The notes under the pieces: generated by a model
What the model saw: only the letters and a program-made list of their open reading frames with translations
What the model was told of the DNA's origin: nothing
The model's database searches: none
DNA from: Octopus sinensis
Lineage: Eukaryota
Length of the DNA stretch: 64,000 nucleotides
Direction of reading: 5' to 3'
NCBI RefSeq assembly: GCF_006345805.1
Contig: NC_043022.1
Location: 22,940,001 to 23,004,000, forward strand
Translations under genes and position numbers: made by a program
Shown: positions 50,673-64,000 of the stretch, piece after piece
How positions within the stretch are numbered: position 1 is the first letter of the stretch
Layout: the number at the start of each line of letters is the position of its first letter

Positions 50673-50674
50673 TC

Positions 50675-50706
<32 letters not shown>

Positions 50707-50815
50707 TCATATATAATATATTTTATTCATATATATATGATATATATATAGATATATATTATTCATATATATATTATTTATTCATATATATATATATATA
50801 TATATATATTTATTC

Positions 50816-50850
<35 letters not shown>

Positions 50851-51030
50851 ATTCATATATATATATAATATATATATATATTTATTCATATATCATATAT
50901 ATATATATATATATTATTTATTCATATATATATATGATATATATACATATATAATACACACACATATACATAAATATATACACATACACTATATACATAA
51001 ATATTTACACACACTCAAACATATACATAT
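50400..51030. repeat. (TA)n tract with TTATTCATATA units
   Basis: Units resemble the reverse complement of the main satellite motif. Confidence 0.85.
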
Positions 51031-51577
51031 ACACAGACACTCATAAACATATACACAGACACCCTTAAACGTACACACACACACACACACACACATACAT
51101 AAATGTACACAGACACAAGTGTACATATATATATGTATAACATGTTTGTATGTATTAAACTAGTATTTGCACCACTGTAGAATCTAGAAAATATATTTTC
51201 ATAGTTTAGCATCTTCCCTGTTTAAGCTTCGATATTTTCCTTCTCTTTATAATTTGCTGTTATATTATATTGTTATGACAGGTCGACATAATTCTGACAA
51301 TTTATTTCTCTCACTTGCATTTGTCACTTTTCATATTCCTGCAGATATTGCAGGGTATTTTGTTGTTTTTTTTTTCATCTTTTTTTAATTACTCAATTAA
51401 CTTCATACCTTCAAGTTGTTTTTAATTGCATCTCATTCGTTCCCAAAACATCCCACATCATACACTCACACACACACATGGGCTCACACCTAGACACATC
51501 TGAACAACCAAGTCACAATCACACACAGTCATCTATTCAAATCATTAATGCCTGAGCTGGCACCTAACCCCCTACAT

Positions 51578-52164
51578 AAAAGGTTCTCAACCATTTTTCA
51601 CATATGGACCCCTTTGATTACTGTTTTATTCTGGTGGATCCCCATAGCTATTCGATGTTTAAAAAACCAGTTTTATAGAAACATCGTTCAAAATTCCTAA
51701 ATTAATTAACTTGTGTAGTTTTAACTTTGTAAAATATTAGAGAGAAAAAACCTACCTGTTTCTTGCAATACATATTAATACACACATCTAAAGCAAAATT
51801 TCTTCAGATTCTCAACCATTTTTAACCCTCGATAACTACTTTACTCTGGTGGACCCCCATATCCATTTGATGTTTAAAAACTAGTTTTATAGGAACTTCT
51901 TTCAAAATTTCTATTTTGTTTTCCACACATTAACTTGTGTAGGTTGAACTATGTAAAACATCTGAGAAAGAAACCTCACTGTTCCTTGCAATAAATACCA
52001 ATACATACATCTAAAGCAGAATTTCTTCAGGTTCTCAAACAAAATTTTTTCAGGAACCCTTAAAATACTATTGAGGACCCCCAATTTACTATTTTACTAT
52101 GTGGGCCTCCAAAAATTTAAAATGAACCCTTAGGGGCCATATGTGCCCCAGTTAAGAAATACTG
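51578..52164 (+). mobile_element. hAT/Charlie-type MITE with internal duplication of about 226 bp
   Basis: Termini AAAAGGTTCTCAACC / AGTTAAGAAATACTG; flanks CCCTACAT / GTCTAGAT; internal units about 51584-51810 and 51810-52037. Confidence 0.72.
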
Positions 52165-52276
52165 GTCTAGATCAAAGATTCTTAACCTTTTTTGTAGCAC
52201 CCTTCTCCGTTTAGGTAGATATTATACCTAGCACCCAATTAAATGGAAAGTGAGGTATCATGACTAAACTAACCTA

Positions 52277-52870
52277 CATTATTTACATTTGACAGATATT
52301 TGTCCTCATCTTGTTTGTTGTTAACACGTTTCGGCTGATATACCTTCCAGCCTTCTTTATATGGTGTAGTGGTTAAGAGCACAGGCTACTAACTCCAAGA
52401 TTCTGAGTTCGATTCCATGCAGTGACCTGAACAATAATAATAATAACATCAAAAAATACCTTACGAATGAGAACCCAGGTCCAAAATTTCCCCAAGACAC
52501 CTGATGAAGGCTGGAGGGTATATCAGCCGAATATATATATTTAGGCGGCGAACTGGCAGAAATGTTAGCACGCCGGGCGAAATGCTTAGCAGTATTTCGT
52601 CTGCCGTCACGTTCTAGTTCAAATTCCGCCAAGGTCAACTTTGCCTTTCATCCTTTCGGGGTCGATAAATTAAGTACCAGTTACGCACTGGGGTCGATGT
52701 AATTGACTTAATGCGTTTGTCTGTCCTTGTTTGTCCTCTCTTTGTTTAGCCCCTTGTGGGTAGTAAAGAAATAGGTATATCAGCCGAAACGGTGTGTTAA
52801 CAACAAACAAAATGAGGACAAATATCCATCGAATGTAACTAATTCCTCATCTCTTAAATATAGAACTGTA
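52277..52870 (+). mobile_element. tRNA-headed retroelement with hammerhead-type tail and inverted 5' arm (Penelope-type structure), interrupted by a SINE
   Basis: 12-bp TSD TAAACTAACCTA (52265-76, 52871-82); inverted arm 52276-52355; A/B-box head 52361-52428; CTGATGA core 52501-07 and GAAAC 52786-90; family B SINE inserted at 52532-52773. Confidence 0.75.
52532..52773 (+). mobile_element. SINE family B with 15-bp TSD, inserted in the hammerhead stem II
   Basis: TSD GGTATATCAGCCGAA at 52517-31 and 52774-88. Confidence 0.92.
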
Positions 52871-53177
52871 TAAACTAACCTAACATGGATGATAATTTAT
52901 AAAGTTTACTCTAAAAAGGGACTGTATAAGCTTTTAACAGTGAAATGATAAAAAATTAATAAAGGCAAAAATTCTAAAATTTACTTTATAATTGCAAGTT
53001 AATTATTTGTTTGTGCCTGATGAAATCTAGCTAAATTTTCAATATCAGGTCATTAACTGTGTAGATTCTATATAGTTGCTCAACCTGCTAGAAATAGCAG
53101 CGCATTACTTACCTCTATTTTATTTTAATAACTATTACTAGTTTTATCATGTATAATATAATTACTACTATAGGTAA

Positions 53178-53603
53178 GGTAGCGAGCTGGCAGAAACGTT
53201 TGCATGCCAGGCGAAATACTTAGCAGTATTTCGTTTGCCATTATGTTCTGAGTTCAAATTCCGCCAAGGTCAACTTTGCCTTTCATCCTTTTGGGGTCGA
53301 TAAAATGAAGTACCAGTTACACACTGGGGTCGATGTAATCGGCTTAATCCCTTTGCCCTCGTTTGTCCCCTCTATGTTTAGCCCCTTGTGGGCAATAAAG
53401 AAATAAGAAACGTTGGTACACCAGGTGAAATGCTTAGCGGTTTTTTGTCTGTCTTTACGTTCTGAGTTCAAGTTCCACCGAGGTCAACTTTGCCTTTCAT
53501 CCTTTCAGGGTCAATAAATTAAGTACCAGTTGTGTACTGGGGTCAATCTAATTGACTGGACCCCTCCCCCAAAATTTCGGGCCTTGTGCCTAGACTAGAA
53601 AAG
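53178..53603 (+). mobile_element. SINE family B dimer with 18-bp TSD
   Basis: TSD AATTACTACTATAGGTAA at 53160-77 and 53604-21. Confidence 0.92.
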
Positions 53604-54130
53604 AATTACTACTATAGGTAAAATTTAGTATATCAATTATGTCATTTCACTGACCCACTCACTGTCCTCTAAAGCCTAATGCACCCTTTGACATGCCTGG
53701 CGACCCCTTGTGGGTGGTACCACCCACGTTGAGAACTTCTACTCTAGATTATCTCTAAATCTGTTAGAAATATCTATCAAATTCCCTCAAGTCATACATT
53801 GTTGCCCTATAAATGAAAGAATGCATTAAATAATGTAGTCTTAAATAAACAAAAAAGGTTGGATGGCTGAATTTTGAATGTCGTTGTTCACAGGTTTGTT
53901 TGATCAAAGTGTACATGGGATTAAACAATAATTATGAACCCTGAATCCACACATATCTATAAACAAGCTGCAGTCCACATGTATTGCCCTTCACCATTTA
54001 AAAAACTCCTCTCCACACACATACACAAAGCTTTTTACAGACACACATTATTTCTCCAAATAGACACACACACACTCACAACCACTTGGATAAAAACACC
54101 CTTTCCCCACACACAACATACTCTCCCACC

Positions 54131-54171
<41 letters not shown>

Positions 54172-54174
54172 TAT

Positions 54175-54204
<30 letters not shown>

Positions 54205-54205
<1 letters not shown>

Positions 54206-54490
54206 TTCTTTTACTTGTTTCAGTCATTTGACTGCAGCCATGCTGGAGCACCGCCTTTAGTCGAGCAAATTGACCCCAGGACTTATTCTTTGGAAGCCTA
54301 GTACTTATTCTATCGGTCTCTTTTGCCGAACCGCTAGGTAACAGGGATGTAAACACACCAACATCAGTTGTTAAGCGATGTTGAGGGGACAAACACAGAC
54401 ACACAAACATACACACACACATATATATCTATATACATATATACGACAGGCCTCCTTCAGTTTCCGTCTACCAAATCCACTCACAAGCCA
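54205..54490 (-). mobile_element. SINE family A, 5'-truncated
   Basis: Tail and body motifs; head missing. Confidence 0.82.
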
Positions 54491-54831
54491 AATAGAGAGG
54501 AATCAGTCTGTGTTGTTTGGTACAGGTTCATTTGGAAGTCTTAATCTTGGATGGTACAACATGCCATAATGGTAATAATGATATTAACACTAATAATAAT
54601 AATAAAAAGAACATGAAATGAGAAATATATGTATACATTCACACACACACACACACAAAATATAAATATACATATACATAGGCATATATATATAAATATA
54701 TATTAAATGATGCATGACAATGACATTTAAATATATACATAAATATGTACAAATATATAGTATAAACGCATACATAAAATATATGTATATACATACATAT
54801 ATATATATATATCCATATATCAATCATCATA

Positions 54832-54871
<40 letters not shown>

Positions 54872-55127
54872 CAACACACATAAATTTTTGTGTGTGTGTG
54901 TATCTAATGTATATTTATATATAACCCACATTTTTTAATGCAAGGGAGATGAAAACATCAATTGACCAAGATTATACTTGCAATCACAAAATTAAATTCT
55001 TGCTAAGAGTGTTTACGGTCCAAGAGCAGCGAGGGGGGACAACTCCTACAATATCAGCCTATCAAAATTTTTAGAACATGAACATGATGCAGTTAAGGGT
55101 AGATCTTAAGGCTAGCTGGTGGAAGCA

Positions 55128-55165
55128 GTTGACTTGTTTCAACCTTTTTAGGTCTCATCAGTAAC
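55128..55165 (-). ncRNA. Minimal hammerhead ribozyme motif
   Basis: Minus strand reads GTTA-CTGATGA-GACCT-AAAA-AGGTT-GAAA-C-AA-GTC-AAC: complete core and GUC triplet; stem I is short and imperfect. Confidence 0.5.
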
Positions 55166-55484
55166 ACATACTAACCTCAGCTGGCAAGGAAAAATAAATG
55201 ATCAGCTAGCAAGGAAAAATAAAGGAAAAAAACATAGATTTGCATCAGGACGTTTTTGCTCCTGTTAAAAAGTTTATTCTATTGCAAAGATTTGGGTCAG
55301 ATCTCTAACTTAGGGCTAACTTCCTACCTTCCTTTTGTCAGTCATGCAGGCCCTAAAATAATAAAAGCCCCTGAACTCTGCTTTTTCTACTTTGACTAAG
55401 GGGTATAAATTGTAAAATTTGACACACATTTTAGACACATTCACATCATATGCACACACACACACACACATACATACATACATG

Positions 55485-55817
55485 GTAAAGATCCCCTTCA
55501 GTCATGAAGGGCCATGGGATTGCACCTAGAAAGTTCCCCTCTGAAGCTTAAGTATAAACAAGGTTAGGTTGTTTATGGAAGACCAACAGTCAGCCATGCG
55601 TGCCAATCTCCTTTCTCTGTGTCACCAATGTTGATCAAGGGAAAGACAAGGCTGATACAGCTTGGCACCAGTAACATTGCAACTCATTTCTACAGCTGAG
55701 TGAACTGGAGCAATGTGAAATAAAGTGTCTTGCTCAAGAACACAACACAGTCTGGGAGTCACGCTCACAACCTCACAATTGCAAACCTAAGACACTAAGC
55801 CACTGAGTGTTGCACCA
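55485..55817 (-). mobile_element. SINE family C
   Basis: Family motifs. Confidence 0.8.
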
Positions 55818-56178
55818 TTACACACACACACACAAACATATATATATATATATGAATATATACATATATATATATATATAAATATATACATATATATATA
55901 TATATGAATATATACATATATATATATATATGAATATATACATATATATATATATATATATTTAGTGTAGGAAGAAATGGAGCTGAACGAAGACTTAACA
56001 AAATTCCTTTTATATTTTCTACATGTGTTTCAAAGGCTGCAAAGTCCCTAATTCGGATTTTAGACCCCATGGTCGTAACCTCAACCGTGCTTTTTCTGTT
56101 GTGATTTTTGCTACCCAGATATCGGTTATCATTTGAATAATCCATAATAAGATAATTCATTTATCTACTTCAATAATC

Positions 56179-56995
56179 ATATATATATAATATATATATA
56201 TATTATTATATATATATGAATATATACATATATATGTATATACATATATGAATATATACATATATATATATATACATATATGAATATATACATATATATA
56301 TATATACTATATATGAAATATATACATATATAATATACATATATATACTATATACATATATAATATATACATATTATATATATAAATATATATAATATAC
56401 ATATATAAATATATACATATATATATATATACATATAAATATATACATATATATATATACATATATAATATACATATATAAATATATACATATATATATA
56501 TACATATATAAATATATACATATATATATGAATATATACATATATATGAATATATACTATATATATGAATATATACATATATAGAATATATACATATATA
56601 TATGAATATATACATATATATATGAATATATCATATATATATGAATATATACATATTATACTATATACACATATGAATATATACATATATATATATATAC
56701 ATATATAATATATACATATATATATAATACATATATATATATATATATACATATATATAAAATATATACATATATATATGAATATATACATATATATATG
56801 AATATATACATATATATATGAATATATACATATATATATGAATATATACATGTATATATGAATATATACATGTATATATGAATATATACATATATATATG
56901 AATATATACATATATATATGAATATATACATATTATATATACATATATATATATGAATATATACATATATACATATATATATCTGAATATATACA

Positions 56996-57026
<31 letters not shown>

Positions 57027-57245
57027 GAATATATACATATATATATATATGAATATATACATATATATATATATGAATATATACATATATATATATATAT
57101 ATGAATATATAGATATATATATATATGAATATATACATATATATATATATCCATAATATATAATATGAAATATACATATATATATATATTGAATATATAC
57201 ATATATATATATATATATGAATATATACATATATATATATATATG

Positions 57246-57278
<33 letters not shown>

Positions 57279-57956
57279 TGAATTATACATAGATATATAT
57301 ATATGAATATATACATATATATATATATATATATGATATATACATATATATATATATATATATGAATATATACATATATATATATATATAGTGAATATAT
57401 ACATAATATATATATATATGAATATATATATATATATATATGAATAATATACATATATATATATATCTCATATATATATATAGAATATATACATATATAT
57501 ATATATACATATATATATATATGAAATATACATATATATATATATATGAATATATACATATATATATATATATATATGAATATATACATATATATATATA
57601 TGAATATATACATATATATATATATATATTATATGAATATATACATATATATATATATATGAATATATACATATATATATATATATAATATATACATATA
57701 TATATATATATATATGAATATATACATATATATATTATATATATGAATATATACATATATATATATATATGAATATATACATATATATATATATATATGA
57801 ATATATACATATATATATATATATATATGAATATATACATATATATATATATTATATATGAATATATACATATATTATATATATATAATGAATATATACA
57901 TATATATATATATATATGAATATATACATATATATATATATTATATATATATATGA

Positions 57957-57995
<39 letters not shown>

Positions 57996-58309
57996 TATAT
58001 CATATATATATAATATATATATATATGAATAATACATATATTATATATATATATAATGAATATATACATATATATATATATATAATATATGAATATATAC
58101 ATATGTAATATATATATATATATGAATATATACATATGTAATATATATATATATATGAATATATACATATATTATATATATATATGAATATATACATGTA
58201 ATATATATATATAAATATATACATATGTATATATATATATATATGAATATATACATATATTATATATATATATATGAATATATACATATATATATATATA
58301 TATATATGA

Positions 58310-58348
<39 letters not shown>

Positions 58349-58455
58349 TATATACATATATATATATATATATTATATAATAGGATAGATATATATATAT
58401 AATATATATATATAGATGAATATAGACATATATATATATATATATATATATATGA

Positions 58456-58518
<63 letters not shown>

Positions 58519-58607
58519 ATAATATTATATATACATATATTATATATATATGAATAATACATATATATATATATATATGAATATACATATATATATATAG
58601 ATAGAAT

Positions 58608-58664
<57 letters not shown>

Positions 58665-58741
58665 GAATATATACATATATATATATATTATATATATATA
58701 TATATATAAAACATATATAATAATATATATATATATATATG

Positions 58742-58779
<38 letters not shown>

Positions 58780-58807
58780 AATATATACATATAATATATA
58801 TATATAC

Positions 58808-58857
<50 letters not shown>

Positions 58858-58861
58858 CATA

Positions 58862-58924
<63 letters not shown>

Positions 58925-58983
58925 ACATACATATATATAACATATATATATATACATATATATATATATACATATATACATAC

Positions 58984-59014
<31 letters not shown>

Positions 59015-59039
59015 CATATATACATATATATATACATAC

Positions 59040-59072
<33 letters not shown>

Positions 59073-59229
59073 TATATATATACATATATACCTACATATA
59101 TATATATTAACATATTATATATATACATATATATATACATATATATATATACAATATATATATACATACATATATATATATACATATATATATATACAAT
59201 ATATATATATATAATACATATATACATAC

Positions 59230-59260
<31 letters not shown>

Positions 59261-59383
59261 CATAATATATACATACATATATATAACATATATATATATA
59301 CATATATATATATACATATATATATATACATAATATATATACATATATATATACATATATAATATATACATATATATATATAC

Positions 59384-59439
<56 letters not shown>

Positions 59440-59447
59440 GAATATAC

Positions 59448-59479
<32 letters not shown>

Positions 59480-60444
59480 GAATATATACTATATATATAT
59501 ACATATATATATATATGAATATATATATATATATATATCACATATATATATATATATATATGAATATATACATATATATACATATATATATATATAATGA
59601 ATATATACTATATATACATATATATATATATATATATGAATATATACATATATATATATATGAATATATACATGAATATATACATATATATATAATGAAT
59701 ATATACATGAATATATACATATATATAATATGAATATATACATGAATATATACATATATATATATATGAATATATACATAATATATACATGTTATATATA
59801 TGAATATATACATAATATATACATATATATATATATGAATATATACATGAATATATACATATATAATATGAATATATTACATATATATATATGATATATA
59901 CATATATTATCTATATGAATATATACATATATAATATATATATATATACATATATTATATATACACATATATATATATATATACACATACATATATATAT
60001 ATAATACAATTACATATATATAAATACCATATACATATATATATATACACATATACATATATATATATATACACATATACAATATATATATATACATATA
60101 ATATACATATATATATATATACATAGATATATATATTATAAGATACATATATACATATATACATATACATATAGTACACATATACATATATACATATACA
60201 TATATATATATATATATACATATAATATATATACATATATACATATATACATATACATATTATCTAATATCATATATAACAATACATAATATATAAAAGA
60301 TATACAATATATATATATATATTATATATACATATCTATATATAACATATATAAATATATACATACATATATACATACTATTACATATATACATACATAT
60401 ATACATATATACATACATATATACATACATATATACATACATTA

Positions 60445-60478
<34 letters not shown>

Positions 60479-61333
60479 AATATACATACATATATACACA
60501 TATATATATCATATACATATATATATACATATATAACATATACATATATATATATACATATATACATTACATATATATACATATATATACATATACATAC
60601 ATATACATATATATACATATATATATATACATATACATATATATACATATATATACATATACATACATATACATATATATACATATATATACATATATAT
60701 AAATATACATATATATACATATATATACATATATATACATATATACATATACATATACATATATATACATATACATACATATATAGACATATATACATAT
60801 ATATACATATATATTATATACATATACATATATATACATATATATATGTATACATATATATATAGCTATACATATATATACATATCATATACATAATATA
60901 TATATACATATACATATATATACATATAGATATTAAACATATAATATTATATTACATATACATATATATACATATAATATAATTCCATATATATAATATA
61001 CCTAGATATATTACATATATATATACTATACAATATATACATATATATCATACAATATACATAATATATAAACATAACTACATATATATACATATATATA
61101 CAACATATACAATATATATATATTATACATACATACATATATTACATATATATATATACATATATATATATATACATACATATATATATATATATATAAC
61201 ATATATATACAATATCTATATATACCTATACATACATATTATAATATATATACATATACATATATATATACATATACATATATATATACATATATATACA
61301 TTATATATACATATACATATATATAAATATACT

Positions 61334-61364
<31 letters not shown>

Positions 61365-62320
61365 ATATATATATACATATACATATATATATATATACAT
61401 ATACAATATACTAATACATATACAATATATTATATACATAACATATATATATATAATACTATACATATATATACATATATATATACATATTATACCTATA
61501 TAATATACATATATATACATATATATATACATATATATATATACAATATATATATTACATATATATACATAATATATATTATAATACATAATATAATACA
61601 TATATATACATATATATACAAATTATATACATATATACATATACATATACATATATATACATATACATATATATACATATACATATATATATATACATAT
61701 ATATACATATACATATATACATATACATATACATATATATAACATATACATATATAACATATATAATATATATACATATACATATATAAATCTACATATA
61801 TATACATATACATATATATAATACATATATATATATATATACATATAATACATTATACATATAACATACATATATGATATACATATATAATATATACATA
61901 TATTATATATACATATATATACATATATATATAATAATCAATATATATAATACATATACATATATATACATATACATATATATACAGTACATATATATAC
62001 ATATACATATATATACATATATCTATATACATATATATACATATATTATATACATATACATATATATACATCCTAAATAATATATATATATATATATACA
62101 TATACAATATATGATATAATATATATATACATAATACATATACATATATATACATATATACATATATATATATATACTATATATACATATATCCATATAC
62201 AATATATATACATATACATATATATATATATACTATATATACATATATACATAATACATATATATATATATACATATATATACATATATATACATATATA
62301 ATATATATACATATATATAC

Positions 62321-62351
<31 letters not shown>

Positions 62352-63349
62352 CATATATATACATAATAAAAAATATACATATATATTCTATAATACAATA
62401 AGACAATATCTATATACATATATATACATATACTATATATACATATACATATATATACATATACATATATATACATATCATTATACATATAATATACATA
62501 TTATATCATATACATATATATCATCATATATATATTACATATATATACATATATATATATATACATATACATATATATACATATATATATACATATACTA
62601 ATTATATACATATATATATAAATACATATACATATATTACATATATATATATAATATACTATACATATATATATATATATACATATATATACATATATAT
62701 ACATATACATATATCTATACATATATAACATATATATACATATATATATATATATACATACATTCTATAATTACATACATATACATATACAATACATATA
62801 CATATATATACATATATATATTATATACATATATATATACATACATATATATAATACATATATATACCTAATATAACATATATATATATCATATTATATA
62901 TACATATATTATACATGAATATATCCACTATATATACATATATATATATATACATATATATATACATATATATATAATATATATACATACATATATATAA
63001 TACATATATATAACATAATATATTACATATATATATATATACATATCATATATATATACATATATATACATATATATACATATATATAATATACAATATT
63101 ACATATATATACATATATATATAATAAATATACATATATATATATATGAATATTACATATATATATATATGAATATATACATATATATATATGAATATAT
63201 ACATATTATAATATGAATATATACATATATATATATATGAATATATATACATATATATATATATATGAATATATACATATGAATATATACATATATATAT
63301 ATATGAATATACATATGAATATATATACATATAATATATATATATATGA

Positions 63350-63381
<32 letters not shown>

Positions 63382-64000
63382 CTATATATATATATATACA
63401 TATATATATGAATAGATACATATATATATATGAATATATACATATATATATACATATATATATATATATTGATATATACATTATATACATATATATATAT
63501 ATATGAATATATACATATATATATATATGAATATATACATGAATATATACATATATATATATATGAAATATAATATATAATGACATAATATACATATATA
63601 TATTATATGAATAAACTATATATATATATATATATACACATATACATATAGTATATATATATACACATTACATATATATATATATACACATATACAGATA
63701 TATATATATACACAGATACATATAGATATACACATATACATATATATACACATATACATATATATATATATACATATACTATATATATATATCGAACAAT
63801 ATACATATATATACATATATATATACATATACATATATAAAATACATATATACATATATATAGTACATAATACAGACATATATACCATATTATACATACC
63901 TACATACATACTATACATACATATACATAATATACATATATACATACATATATACATGAATAGATACATAGATATATATATATATACATATATATACACA
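56179..64000. repeat. TA-derived satellite, >7.8 kb, runs off the window
   Basis: Units GAATATATAC(AT)n and (ATATAC)n in alternating domains; no unique sequence. Confidence 0.97.

Larger units (their letters stand above)
52173..53741 (+). mobile_element. hAT/Charlie-type element hosting nested retroelements
   Basis: Termini CAAAGATTCTTAACC / GTTGAGAACTTCTA; 8-bp TSD GTCTAGAT (52165-72) vs CTCTAGAT (53742-49), the nTCTAGAn Charlie target. Confidence 0.7.

Noticed and set aside
52361-52428. Possible tRNA gene
   Set aside because: A and B boxes are present but acceptor and anticodon stems do not pair; it is the head of a TSD-bounded retroelement.
53017-53050. CTGATGA core-like string
   Set aside because: No GAAA or stem II downstream.
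55795-56160. 121-aa ORF with a non-repetitive N-terminus
   Set aside because: No recognisable domain or splice sites, and it runs into TA repeat; probably a repeat remnant.
56307-63999. Dozens of Tyr/Ile/Met-rich ORFs up to 247 aa
   Set aside because: Translations of TA/TG repeats that lack stops; they overlap in all frames and have no splice or domain signal. The same applies to the ORFs at 4057-6164, 22450-23088, 33376-34056, 39333-39982 and 48667-49454.

Overview
AT-rich, microsatellite-saturated eukaryotic genomic DNA. The SINE families and repeat density point to a coleoid cephalopod, most likely Octopus (inference). One protein-coding gene is supported: six + strand coding exons (34656-34763, 37081-37467, 42116-42262, 44868-44950, 45336-45479, 47061-48417) with GT-AG sites and matching phases splice into 741 codons plus a stop. 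They encode a hillarin/LTD-1/kyphoscoliosis-peptidase (KY) family protein with a coiled coil, a transglutaminase-like domain whose Cys-His-Asp triad is replaced by Thr-Asn-Asn, and a C-terminal region. The start codon and the expected LIM exon(s) were not found in the window. The rest is transposon debris: four tRNA-derived SINE families (called A-D here), decayed RTE-, R4/Dong-, Hero- and Penelope-like retroelement fragments, an internally deleted mariner, Tc1/mariner- and hAT-type MITEs, and Helitron/Helentron-type elements. There are also five long palindromes, minisatellites and a >7.8 kb TA-derived satellite running off the right end. The most notable observation is a set of hammerhead-ribozyme motifs: a near-intact type I motif at 12774-12848 (-), a minimal one at 55128-55165 (-), a decayed one behind a Penelope GIY-YIG tail, and a variant in a palindrome. 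A further motif lies in a TSD-bounded element (52277-52870) that joins a tRNA-like Pol III head to a hammerhead-type tail with a Penelope-style inverted 5' arm. Nearly all other ORFs in the track are microsatellite artefacts. All homology calls are from manual motif recognition, not database searches.
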